Program-made: the position numbers and the translations under genes
Assembly: GCA_047967505.1 (NCBI GenBank)
Contig: CM106538.1
Direction: 5' to 3' (one strand)
DNA: 64,000 nucleotides
DNA from: Dipteris shenzhenensis
Taxonomy: Eukaryota
Part shown: piece by piece, positions 25,461 to 37,680 of the stretch
How positions within the stretch are numbered: position 1 is the first letter of the stretch
How the letters are laid out: each line of letters starts with the position of its first letter
Notes under the pieces: model-generated
Told to the model about the DNA's origin: nothing
The model's input: the letters and a program-made list of their open reading frames with translations, nothing else
Databases searched by the model: none

Positions 25461-28360
25461 CCGTTCTTTTTCGACGCTTTTAACGACTTTAATAACGATG
25501 TTTGCGCCCGTTTTAAAAAAAAAATTAATATAAAAAGCGTCAATATTTTCGTCAGAAAAGGCCTTGTAGTGTGGTTTGCTTTGACTTTTGCAAGGATACC
25601 ATGTACATTCAATAGGAAGGTGTTTAAATCCAACTTCAAGAAAATATTTAACAAGATTACAATAAAGGAGGGCTTTTTAAATTCACCTTTAGGAAAATTA
25701 TGTTGATAGTGCATGAATAAACAAGGGTGGTTTTATTTGGGGAGGGGGGATTTTAAATGAGGGATTTTTTAAACACCCATGGAACTTCCAAGCATATGAG
25801 ACATAGGGTTTAAACACATATGAGACATAGGGTTTCTTAGTAGGGCAACCCATGAACTTGGTATCTTGGTTGGGCCTGGATCCTTCTTTACTTATGGTTG
25901 TTACTGGTGTTTTGGATCGGTGGTTCTTTTGGTGTTTAGATGTCGCTAAGACTTTTTTATCACTATTATAAATCAAAATAAAATACCGTCTTTCTTTGGG
26001 GGGGAGGGGGGAATCTGCAGGCATTTGGATATCATATGAATTAGCGCTCTCTCTCTCTCTCATGGAATAATTTGGTGAGGTCAGGGCTTTTAAAATAGTT
26101 TATGGGCCATAGGGGACTTTGGTTAGCCATGAACTTCTTGTATCACACATATTCGAAAACAGTCATGAACTTCCGCAATTTATAATCGTTCTCCTGGGAT
26201 GAATACTCGGGAGGACTCTAAGGTATCTCATCTTCGGGACTGAACATCTTTACAGCATCGTCTAATTAGTCTTAGCTTCGATCTTTACCAATTTTATTTG
26301 AACCGTCTATTCTGACAGAAAAGCAATCATACCACCAATGATAGGACTATCCTGCAGATCGTAGTTCTGGATTCTAGACAGGCCGGTCTTAGTCCCTGCT
26401 ACTCGATGTGGATTTTTAGTCGTAGCAAGTATCACGAATTCATTTCCGAAAGGTCAACAAGGCCAACCTGGGCTCGTTGTCGTACCCGATGGCCTTATGT
26501 TTCGACGTTTGCTAATTTCATTCGAATTGAAAGAACACTACAACTTCTGAAAGAGGTTTCTTTAGTTCTAAAGGAAAGGTAGGTATACGGGCCTCACCAG
26601 ATCTCCTCTAGAACTAAACAGAAAGGAGTTAAGCCTTAACTACGAAATGATAAAAGGTTCGTTGGTGTTGTCGCTAATTTGTATGCGTTGCTGTGAATTC
26701 AAGCATTGAAGATTGAGTTTCGTGATTTAGGAAATGGGATACAGTGCTAAATCTGTCATGTGGTCTTGTTGGCCGTATCGTGAATCAGCCGAAATCCTCT
26801 ACCAAATATACAGATGCGGCATATGGAGCTAAGATCGTGCGCTCAGCAAGTGTCAAGGTCTCAGGAGCCGGAAGTTCAATGTTGGAGAGGCAAAGGACCA
26901 GTAAGCAACCAGAAGAGGTGGGGGACTTTAGTGATGATGGTTGCTTTCCGATGCAAACGCATGACTGTTTACACTACGTTGCGGTTTAAGGGCACCTTTT
27001 GAGGGATGCATATAGAGCCAAAGGCCTTTTCTTTCTTAAGTTAAACTTTTTGCAGAGATGTGACGAGTTGCACATTATCGATGTGATCAGCGGAGAGCAT
27101 CCTCAAAACATCTTCACCCCGCCACTGGAGCCTTGGCAAACCGCCAACCTTGGAAGCCGGGTGGAAAATGTAGTCTCTCGAAGGGCTCCAAATCTGACCA
27201 TGAAGGCATGCGCAATTTGACAAGCGGGAAAGAGACTCAGGTTCAACGGTGCGAGAGCTTTTCGGAGTGGCCACGCGGTAAAGGCAGACGGGCGGCTCAG
27301 CCCAGATCGCAGTGGGATCCTCCTTTTCGAAAGCTGGAGAACAAAGAGAATTCATGCGCGGTATGAACGAGCACCGATCAGAGTTGGGTTCTCATGTTGC
27401 CACAAAGGATTTGAGTTAGCTATAAAGTTTGTGATTCACTACATGAAGAAAGTACCATTAGGTCGATCACGATACAGGTTGTTCAAACGAGTACAGTTGG
27501 CTACGTGACTCAGTCGAGGCAGAGACGTCGTCTAGTCTTTTCACATGATTAGGATTTTGGTCGCTGGAAATTGAACTATACATATAGTCATGTCGCCGTT
27601 ACAGGCACAGATGCATTACCCAGCCAGTTTTTTCTACATGCTCGTGTCAAGGAGGAAGGCTTTGGGTGAAATTTGAGTGTATTGTCATGACCAACGATAG
27701 TCCAAACTCGATAGTTCTTTTCTTATGATCATTAAGGATTCGGGTTTAAGGTTTCAGGTTTCTGGCAGCCTGCCGCTGTAGAACAAAGTTGGAAAACGTG
27801 ATATTTGCGTCAGTCTACCGCTTCATCAATCCAGAAGCCATTAGGCACGGTGTGATGAGTCATAAGCATCTGCATCATGAGCCGCACGATGAAAATATTG
27901 AAAAATGGCTGCCTGCTGCTCATTTGCGTCATTTTGGGGGGGAGAGGGGGGGCGGGGCTTCGCTGGTCGATCGTGAATCGACGTGATTGAAACGTGGGCT
28001 GCAAATTCTTTTTTGCAGCGGATGCTGCAGGAGCCTTACAGGTTTGTGAAGAAACACCTGGACACATACAGAAATGACAGGGAATCGAAAGGAGTGAGCC
28101 AAGTTTTCGACGACAGCGCAGCCAATTCTTTCTCGTGCGCACCGATCACAGGGAGAAGGCGATCCCCGAGCTACAGGAACGAGCAGGCATCAGATGGAGT
28201 CGCAGCTGCCTTGAATTCGGGGTCAGCAAGGAAGATGTGATGCTCAAGCTCAAGAGAATCAAGCACAAACTATAGAATCAGAGTACACCTTGCAACCAAA
28301 ATGTGTTACAGATGTCCATGCACCCACCTGGTTTAAATTTTGCTTCTATTAATTATTCAT

Positions 28361-28491
28361 GCCACGTCAGCCCAATGGTAGTGCGGATTGCTTGCTTTGG
28401 CGGTAGCCCGCGTTTGAGTCTTGCAGCTTGCTGTGTAGGCCCACCTGGGGCAGTGTGCCCCTAAAGTGAGTGTTTTGTTTTTCAAAAAAAA
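28361..28491 (+). mobile_element. Probable tRNA-derived SINE
   Basis: A-box-like cagcccaatgg (28368), B-box-like gtttgagtc (28412), a short unique body and an A8 tail at 28484-28491. No clear TSD. Confidence 0.5.
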
Positions 28492-29264
28492 GATTGAATG
28501 TAACTAGAGAGGTTGTGGCTCGGTTGTGGTTCCCTTTCAAACCTTCATGAAGAGTCTATTCACCTATAGTATTGAATGCTTAGTATCAATTATAAGGCCC
28601 ATATGTGTTGAGGGCATCAATAAGACATTGTGAGTTGGGGTTAGACTCAATTCATTCATCTATTGATGGAACTTTGTAAGTAAGAAAGAAAGAAATATAG
28701 ACTTTACTCAACCTCAGTAATCGTAAACAAGCTCTGAGATGCCACCTCTTTGAATTTCCTATTACAGCTAATGCACAACTCTGTAAACCTACCCTAGTCA
28801 TTGACAAAATCACCTGTATCTCTCTACCCGCCAACTTCCTATTCTAAAAAATCATTAAGTTGCCACAACATCAGATAGAGTATAACACCAGTTGTGCTCT
28901 TAGCATTTGCCAGATATAGGCTAAAGAAGAGAGAAATCAAATCACATCCTTCAACCAAAGAATGACAAATCAAATCCTAAGACAAAATTGGTAACATATC
29001 CTGCATTCTTTCAATGGCTACATGCATCTTTATCAACTAGACCCTCCTCACCACAGAACAAAACCAAATGAGGTGTGATAAGGTTTCCAAGTTACTCTTA
29101 TAGAAGACACAATGCCAAGCAACAATAAGGGAACTCAGTATTTTCCATGGAGAGGAAAATAGTGATTCAATATCTTCCATTAAACTAGACCCACGCAGGC
29201 AGCTATATCAAGAGAGAATATAGCACTATGTTCTTTGATTGTAGGATTTGTAAAATTGTTTCAT

Positions 29265-29810
29265 TCAAAAGTGAGCTTGAAATTGAATATTGAAAATTAT
29301 AGTAGATGTGCCAGATAATTGAAAAGCATTTTGCATTTTGCATTTTGCACATAGCACTTTGTGATTAATGAATAACCACCTATTTGTGTGGGGAAGAGTT
29401 GGGATGGAATTATAAGACCAAGGAGCATGTCCTTCCTTGGACACAACAGTTTGCATTCAGCATTTTGCATTCAGCATATAGCACTTTGCGAAAGTGCAAA
29501 GTGAGGTTGAAATTGAATATTGAAAATGAGAATAGATGTTGTGGTAGATAATTGCAAAGCATTTTACAATTTGCATTTAGCACATAGCAATTTGAATTTG
29601 TCTCATATTACTTTGCATTTCTCTTAATTCCCCACATAGCACTTTGCATTTAGCATATAACCACACATTTGTATGGGGGGAGAGTTGGCATGCTTCCTCT
29701 TTAAAAATTATAAGACCAAGGAACATCCCCTTCCTTGGGTTTATGACAATTTGCATTCATAGTAAGTGTACTTTGGTTATGTATGGGCACATAACAATTT
29801 GCATTTCACA
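29265..29810. repeat. Degenerate tandem duplication with tttgcat/gcactttg sub-repeats
   Basis: ttgaaattgaatattgaaaat and aattataagaccaagg...ccttccttgg each occur twice. Confidence 0.7.
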
Positions 29811-29859
29811 TAATATTAACAAACCTATGACAGAGACTACATAGACTTAGAAAATATTC

Positions 29860-31140
29860 TAACTCGTGGATGTCTTTAGGTTGTGGCAAGTTCACTATTA
29901 TCTCTATCTTCCTGGGATTTACTCAAATGCCTTTAGCTGAAACAATGTAACCAAGATATTCAATTTTGAACTAGAAAAATGAACTTTTATTCTTCGGCTT
30001 GGCATACAGTTGGTTCTCGCATAAGTGAGAGAAAAGGAGATCCAAGTGTTTCTTGTGTTCATCTCGACTCTTGCTATAAATCATGATGTCATTGAAGAAA
30101 ATTACCCTAATGTCCTGATAGGTAGGAAGATACGGTTCATCATCTCACTAAATATGGCAAGTGTGTTGGTCAGTCCAAAAGGCATAACGAGGAATTCATA
30201 GTGACTAGTTTGAGTCCTAAAAGCTGTCTTGAAAATATCTATCTTAGACACTGTCACCTGATGGTACCATGACTCAAAATTGATCTTGCTAAAGATTGTG
30301 GCTCCTTTCAACTTGCCAAGAAGGTCATTTACTCTCAAAATGGGGTATCGATTCTTCACCCTGATTTTATTCAAGGCACTATTATCGATGCACATTTGGA
30401 AAGTCCCATTTTTATTCTTGACAAGAAGAATGGGTGTCCCAAATAGTGAACTATTAGGTCGAAGCCAAAAGATCTTAATTTGGGATTGAATCTCTTACTA
30501 CTACTCAATAGGGTTGTGTCTACACAGTGCTTTGCATGGTGGTGCACTACCGAGGATAAGGCCAATCTTATGATCCTCAGGTCTAGATTGAGGAAGACCA
30601 GGGGGTAAGTCTTCCATACAACAGTCAATATAGGTAGCTAGAAAGGGATCCAAGGGATCTTGCTTATGTTTCTCAGTCTCTTGACTAGCCTTGATCTTAT
30701 TGATCATAATAAGATATGTCTTCTCACGTTTTCGCAAAGCTCTTTTAGCTTGGGTATGTGACAGTAAAGGGCAAGAGGGAATGTTCTTCTCACATTCTAA
30801 ATTCATGGTCTTAAGGCCCTGAGTCATGGTAATGGTGCACTCAAGATAGTCAAGTTGGCATTGTGATCGACATGCCAAGGCATCCCTATAATGAAATCTT
30901 GCTCATGCAAAGGAGCGACTAGGAAATCTCACCTCTCAGCTAATGGCCCTAGAGTCACCTCAAGGTCCTTAACCATTTGCAAACAATTATAATGTGATCC
31001 TAAAAAGCTAATTTGACTCTATATTTTTTTTAATGGATGCAAGCCCTAGTTTTTTAAGTAAACAATGCAAAATGAAGTCATGGGTGCTTTCATCATCAAA
31101 CAAGAGATTATGTTCTTTTCCATGCAATATTGCAATCATG
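29860..31140 (-). mobile_element. Ty3/gypsy (Tf2/chromovirus-like) protease-RT remnant
   Basis: Protease-like LFVDDESTHDFI, RT MCIDNSALNK...KTAFRT...YEFLVMPFGLTN, and a degenerate YxDD (FFNDIMIYSK). Confidence 0.9.
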
Positions 31141-31439
31141 CGTAGCAAAGAGGTATTGAAAAGAGATAAACTTTATATGAAGAACGCTTCTGTGAAGGGT
31201 TGTAGTCAGTATCATCAGTGCCATTGTCCTCACCATCAAATGTTCGGGCTATTTTGAAGGAGACAAGGCATTTCTTTCTTAACACAAAAGGATGGTGAAG
31301 TTCTGCTTGGAGGTTCAAGCAACAGTAGAGAAAATGAATGAGAGTTTGGTTCTTTCTCAAGGGTGATCTTCAATAGCATTCTAAACAACTTAAAGAATGT
31401 AAAGAATGGCAAATCCTTGAAATTAACATCTAAGACCGC

Positions 31440-32010
31440 CAAAGTTGGAATGCACCTGCAATTGACTCAAAATAGTCTTTTACCTATATGGGAAGGAGAT
31501 GAGGACAGTATAGATGGAAGCCACCTATAGAGGCCAAGGTAGAGCTATTTCAAGACCTACTAGAGGATGCAGATGTGAAGGCCATGCAAGCACAATAACA
31601 AGTTGAGGCTTCTAAGGACCGAGCAAGAGAAGCCTAAAAAATCACAAAGAAGGAAAGGGAGGGAAGAGAATTTGTAGAGAGGTAGATCAAGCAATTACAT
31701 CAGCAGCTTGAAGACACTAGAATAGAGCATAGGCCGATCCAGCAAAAATGAGAGAATAACTTGAAGCTTAGAAAAACCTTAGAAGAAAAGGAAGAGAATT
31801 TGTAGAGAGGCAAATCAAGCACCTACATCAACAGCTTGAAGACACTAGAACATATGGGAACCAAGCATAGGCCATTCTAAAAAAATGAGAGAACAACTTG
31901 AAGCTTAGAAAGAACTTAGAAGAAAGGGAAGATCTTTACCAATGGCTCTGCAACATGTAGAATGCATTGAACATTGGGAAAGATGATCTTATAGCTAACC
32001 TGAGAAGGGA
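31440..32010 (+). pseudogene. Decayed coiled-coil ORF homologous to the 35.9-37.0 kb ORF, with an internal ~130-bp duplication
   Basis: EDLYQWLCNM*NALNI at about 31930-31975 aligns with EGIYKRLFNMQNALKI in ORF 36180-36611. Confidence 0.6.
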
Positions 32011-32069
32011 TAATGCGCATGCTATGGTAGTGATATAGGGGATACAAGAGAGCTTTAAAGCCTGGAAGA

Positions 32070-32970
32070 ATGCATCTTGAGACACTATAGCTTCACTTAA
32101 TTCCTCTAAAGTAATGGGTTTGTCAAAAAAAGCCACATCAAATTCGGTATGACATTAGACTTGACCACACTAAACCTCCTCCTTGCAACAATCAACTAAT
32201 AACTTCCTGCCCCTAGTATCTTTTTTAAGTAGTCATGCACTTCCATTATGATCTCTTCATCCTTTGTTACCTATTTGTCCATCCTTCGTCCAGCTAGATC
32301 AATTTTTGTATGTAATCCTGAACTTCTTTTTCTTGAGGCTTCTAAATATGTCTCCATTTGCCTTGTCAGCTTTACCTACCCACCAATCTCATTGATAGAT
32401 TAACTAATGTTGCTTGCATCTACACATCTCTTCCTCTCTCATTTTGGCCTTGATGTATCTTATCTACCTACTGACCTTCCTCTATGTTATCACTATCCAA
32501 GTTCTATAATTTTGCTTCTAATTCTAGTCTCCTTTTCTTCTCGACTTCTAGTACCCTTTTGTTAATGTCTTTCATAAATAATTGAGTCTTATTAATAGCC
32601 TTGACCTTCTCACTATAGGGACTTTTCTAGCAAAAGCATAGTCCCAAATTCTCTTGACCTTCATGGAAAAAAAAGGATCTCCCTTACATACTAAGACTTT
32701 CTTGACTGTCCCAAGCCTCTATCCAGAGTCAAACCTACTAGAAAATGGCCTGAGAAAGGGAGGGGTCTAAACACCCTAGACTCATCTTACATTGTCTCAT
32801 CTTGCGCCCCTATAGAACTAAAACTTATCTAATCTGGCCTTTTTGTGATTTTCCCCTATCTTGCTGTTACACCAAGTGAAACCTGTGTTCACAAAAACAT
32901 CTAGTGGCCCACCTTCATTCTTTAACTTCAGCTAGGCATTCAACTCACTCCCACTAAGGAGCTTGCCTAA
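32070..32970 (-). mobile_element. LINE (L1-like) ORF2 remnant, endonuclease end and linker
   Basis: GFTWCNSK...KARLDKF*F (endonuclease FTW / RLDR motifs) and FFDKPITLEELSEAI (pre-RT). Confidence 0.75.
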
Positions 32971-33224
32971 ATTGTTCCATATATGTGCTTTGTATACAAC
33001 ATATTAAATTCACCCATCAGAATAGAATTGCTCAAGAGACTGCAACCATCCCACAAAAGAGTTTCGTCCCTAATGAACCAAAAAGATGGAGCAACGGCAA
33101 CATGGGATGCAAAATATGTATCCCTATCTTCTATTTTCCAAAAGCTAGGTTGGCCCCCCCCTATAAAATCAGGGGATCAAGCTCTCCTAGTCATGACTCA
33201 TCATGAGACAACATCCTAATGAAA

Positions 33225-33900
33225 CACTAATCTATGGAGGATGCAACCTAAGTGCAAACATGATGGAAGAGAGTACTCATGACATGTACCTCAAGTCAAT
33301 CAGGTTCCAAGATAGATTAGCTTAGACGCATAAGCAAAATCTTGAGTGTATGTGTATTTCTCTACTCAAAAATACACGATAGGCTTCTTATATAGAGAGA
33401 GCCTTTAGAATAGTCAACACATGTGGGATCCTCTCATCCACATTTCTCCTTGTGGATATCCTTGATCCACATCTCCACATCATGTAGTCCACATCCTAGG
33501 GTGGCTACTTTAATTCTTTTCTATACTATAACTTAGCCTTTAATCTATGTGCACATGGCATCATATCTCAACATCTCTTCTTGGTGCCATGATCCATTGG
33601 CTATCGTAAGGTGGTCAGATGTGAGTTTACATTCCATCACCTCCCTTTAGTGCATATTGAGGTTTTTACATGTCAATACCTCCCCTGGGTGCTTACATGT
33701 CTACTTGCAGGTGGTCAGGCTTGATTTACAAGAATATAGGCTAAAGGTGGTAAGGCTTTTGCTTCTCAATACATGTTGTCAATGGCATTCTCTTCTTTGC
33801 TTGATGTAGCTTGATGCATGATGCTTTGTTCTTCCATGTGCCTTAATGCTTAATGTGCAGATGCCATGTTTTGTGCTATGGTCATCTCATGCACTTGTGC
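33225..33900 (-). mobile_element. Second, diverged copy of the LTR family seen at 15893-16577
   Basis: About 110 bp of strong similarity between 33240-33347 and 15925-16033. The right end is uncertain. Confidence 0.65.
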
Positions 33901-35293
33901 TTCCAGCATGCTTTTTGCGTTCATGCATTGCTTTAGCATTTGTTGCAAAGGTCTTACCTTGAGCTTCAGTTTGCTTCAATGGCAATGTCTAATTGCTAAT
34001 AATGGTTCTGAGCTAACAGGCACATAGAGCTCAAAAAGGTGATCATTTTTCCTTTTTGGAGCGAGTGCAAATTCTTCCTTGATTGGAAGTTATGGCTTGT
34101 TTAAGGTTTTATGAAGAAGAGGGGGCATGATGAGGTGGCATAGGGATTCACATGCAAATTTCAAATTGTGCTTAATAAAGGGTTATGTGCTTAGGTGGCA
34201 TTGTAGGTGATGTAGCACATTAACCAATCTTGAATCTAAACCTAACCATGGTTTAGTGTGGGTTGAGTTGACAAGACTTGGGTCTATGTGCCACATGTCA
34301 CTTTGCAGACCACAATGACTAACCCAAGGTCATCTTTGGTAACCTAGGTTTGAGCTTGGGTTAGAGAGCTCTGTGGATGGAAGTAGACATTGGTAGAGCC
34401 GAGGCTTATCTTATCTAGCTTAGTTTCCCACCTCCCAATTCTGGGGGTGTTTGCACGTTGAACTCTAGCTTTTCATTCCACATGGATTGCCGTACTATCC
34501 TAAAATTTGTTGCATGGTTCTATACTGAAATAGTCCCCTTTAGGCCACTTATCTTTAATCGTCAGATTTCAACCACTGAGCTACTTAAAACATTTAAGTA
34601 CTAACATGGAAGCAGGTCGACACAAAATCAAGTATTACGAGCACTATGAGAAAGTCCACAAGTCCAAAAAATGTTTGCAAGATTTTTACTTTTTCAAAAT
34701 ATGACATTTTGCGGCTCAAGGAAATTCCAAACTCCCAACTATCTTATCAACCTCTCCCAGCTCTTTAGGCCAATCTAATGTACTATCGCAGACCTCTTCA
34801 CACACTCGGATCACACACTACTTGCTTGACTTTGCTGACTTGTATGCCAATGTAACTCTTCCTTTTGCTTGGGGTCCTACTCATCCTAGTCTTTGCGCTC
34901 TATACAACCTCGTGCCTCCATTATGTCCTACCAAAAGAAACCTACATCATGAGCTTGACAAGTATCTTAAAGGAGCAGGAAAAACAATAGCCAGGGAAAT
35001 TAATATTCACCATATTTGCCGACTCCAAGTAATACACCCACCATCAAAGCATGTCCTCCTTGTAGCTATTTTCCTCCTTCTTCTCTAGGTCTGTTTCTGC
35101 AAGGAGGTCATCCAACATCGTTTTCAGATAGAACAAAAGCATTCAAAAGTCTTTTGGGTATTTCATAGATTCGTAGTAGGTGGATCAGTGTACAGAGTTT
35201 TGGGGCTAAATTTCATAATGGGCTCTTAGTTGTGTCTACACTATACTTAAATAGGGAGAGGGCTCATTGAGTCCAACCCTTTTCATTCTTCAA

Positions 35294-35562
35294 TCTCACA
35301 TTAGTTGTCTAATCGAAATATTTTGTCTCACATTATTTGCCTAATCGAAATCTTTCGTCTCACATTCGTTAACTAATCGAAATCTTTCAATCTCACATTA
35401 GTTATCTAATCAAAATCTTTCATCTCACATTAGTTGACTAATCAAAATCTTTCAGTCTCACATTAGTTGACTAATCAAAATCTTTCAGTCTCACATGAGT
35501 TGTCTAATCAAAATCTTTCGTCTCACATTAGTTGTCAAATCGAAATCTTTCGTCTCACATTA
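35294..35562. repeat. Minisatellite, 32-33-bp unit, about 8.3 copies
   Basis: Unit is approximately tctcacattagttgactaatc(a/g)aaatctttc(a/g), with an internal palindrome attagt-tg-actaat. Confidence 0.95.
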
Positions 35563-35779
35563 TAGTCCTTGGTGTGTCAAAGGACACTATCTAGTCACGT
35601 AGCTGAGAAAACATTGCCTATGTAAACTTTGGAGAAGATTAACAATTCAATAGATTACACACAGACATAGATTACATCTCAAATAATCCTTTCCTTCAGA
35701 TTACATCTCAAGGACTCCTTTCCTTTAGGGGGCTAGTTCCACATTGCTTTGAGCAGGTTGCCTTTTTGAACTCCCTAAT

Positions 35780-37060
35780 TGCAGGCTTGACCCTTTTTGC
35801 TCCTTTCCAGAATGGGGCTAGTTCCTTCCTTTAAGGACCCATCCCCTCCCTTCATGTCGCTTCTTGCTACTTTCTCATTGTAGATAGTTGTAGTAGCAGG
35901 TAGGCACATTTGATCTGTCCATGACCTGAGCAATGGCAAACGGCATTCTCTACATAGCGATTTTGCATGCATAAACACCCCAAAGCAAAAAATGTGCACA
36001 GGGTGGTAGCACGCAGGCCATCAGATCATGAAGTCATCTATGATGGGGTATGGCAGACCATGCATTTCGGACCCTGGTGCATAGCAAGATAGACATCCGA
36101 TTTAGCTATTGCAGCCATCAATACCACAGTCTTGCTTTGTATATGACGAAGTTGCTCCTTGATTCCTTCCTCCCTCATCCTAAGGCTGTGGATGTTCTCC
36201 TTTATCTCCTCCACTCCTTTCAATTTTCAATGCATTCTGCATGTTGAAGAGCCGTTTGTAAATACCCTCCTTTTTGGCTCTCTGATCTTCAAGCTCCTTT
36301 CGCATCATTGCTAGCTCCTTGTCTGCGATGTCCCCATGACTTCTCACTTCTTTGAGCCTATCTCGAAGCTCCTTCATATGCTTCTCTGATTCTTCTCCTC
36401 TATGCCTTTCCATGTAGACCATTTTTGCAGCGGCCTCGGCTTGCTCTTGTGCCTCCTCTACCTTGGCTTCTGCACCTTCCCTGAGAATTTTCTCAAGTTG
36501 TGCTGCCTTTGCTGCATCGATGGATTTCTCTTGTAGAAAAGTCACCTTCTGAGACATCTTCTTATTGTATTGCTCAAAAATCCCTTTGAGGGTAGATGCC
36601 ATCACGTGCATTGCAACTCCATCAGACTAAGATGATGACAATTCAGATTTGCCATCCATGTGATTCTTCAAGTTGGTTAACACACTCTTGGCGATCACCT
36701 TGAGAAAGATACATCACGTCTTTTTAGTTGCTCTACTGCTGCTTGAACCTGCCAGAACTTCACAGTTCCTCTTGTGTCAGGAAAGAAGTGAATGGTCTTC
36801 TTCAGCACATCTTGGAGGTCTGTTGGCAAGCTAGAAATCTTGACTTCACCATCTTTATTAATCTGAGCATTGGGGTATACATCTAGAATATCATGTCTCT
36901 TCCACTGCTTCTTGAAGAAGTATGCTTGCAAACTACCACCATAAATTCCTAGATCATTTTCAATCATGCTTTCAGTGATGGTAATCTTCTGAACTTGACA
37001 AACTAGTTGCCCCTCCTTCATGTTTACCTCCTGTACCAACCTGGTGAAGTTTGAGCATTG
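35780..37060 (-). pseudogene. Disrupted coiled-coil + C-terminal RING-H2 ORF, probably TE-borne
   Basis: ORFs 36695-37039, 36180-36611, 36038-36223 and 35775-35999 are collinear. Joining across a frameshift gives CMVCHTP-IIDDFMI*WPACYHPVHIFCFGVFMHAKSLCREC. Confidence 0.7.
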
Positions 37061-37099
37061 CCGTTGTTGGCCCGAATTTTATTTAATTCAAGAAGGCAG

Positions 37100-37680
37100 T
37101 ACTACCTTGCATGGTAATGAGTGATTAGAGGTGGTGGCATCTAAGCTTTCTAGCCACGCCTGTGGTGGCGGCTAAGACCCATCGGGCTGGCACTTAATTA
37201 CTAGCCCCCACAGTGGCCCTCAATTACTCACCTTCCAGTTACCACCACCGGGCTTGCATGCATGATTACTATGAGTGCAATAAATTACCAGTCTCACCAG
37301 GCTTGCATGCTCAGGAGAGTACTAGAGTGCATGGTAATGAGTGATTAGAAGTGATTAGGCTTCATGATTTATTTTTTATGGAATTACTGCACGGTGGCGG
37401 TGGCTCTCATTAGCCACGTCTGTCATGGCAATGATTACACTGGGCTAGCTGTTAAAACTACCAACCTTCGCAGTGGCCTACTCACCCACCCCACTGGGCT
37501 TAATCATTCATGATCACTATGAGTGCAGTAAAAATTACCAATCATCACCGGGCTCGCATGCTTAGTAGAGTACTAGAGTGCATGGTAATGAGTGATTAGA
37601 GGTGATTAGGCTTCATGATTTACTTTTGTGGGAATTATTGCCCAGTGGTGGTGGTGGCTCTCATCAACGACGTTACCTTA
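37100..37680. repeat. Tandem repeat, ~220-250-bp unit, about 2.5 copies
   Basis: gcatggtaatgagtgattaga occurs at 37109, 37329 and 37580. Confidence 0.85.

Larger units (their letters stand above)
18660..25571. mobile_element. CACTA (En/Spm) DNA transposon, left end missing
   Basis: Right terminus ...ttgtagtg at 25571 (CACTACAA on the minus strand), subterminal TCGCTATATAGCGA palindromes, a TnpD-like transposase on the minus strand and an ORF2-like gene on the plus strand. Confidence 0.88.

Noticed and set aside
28361-28435. Functional tRNA gene
   Set aside because: No convincing acceptor stem, an irregular anticodon loop and a degenerate B box. It fits a SINE head better.
35294-35562. CRISPR-like array
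   Set aside because: Units are contiguous with no unique spacers, there are no cas genes, and the context is eukaryotic.
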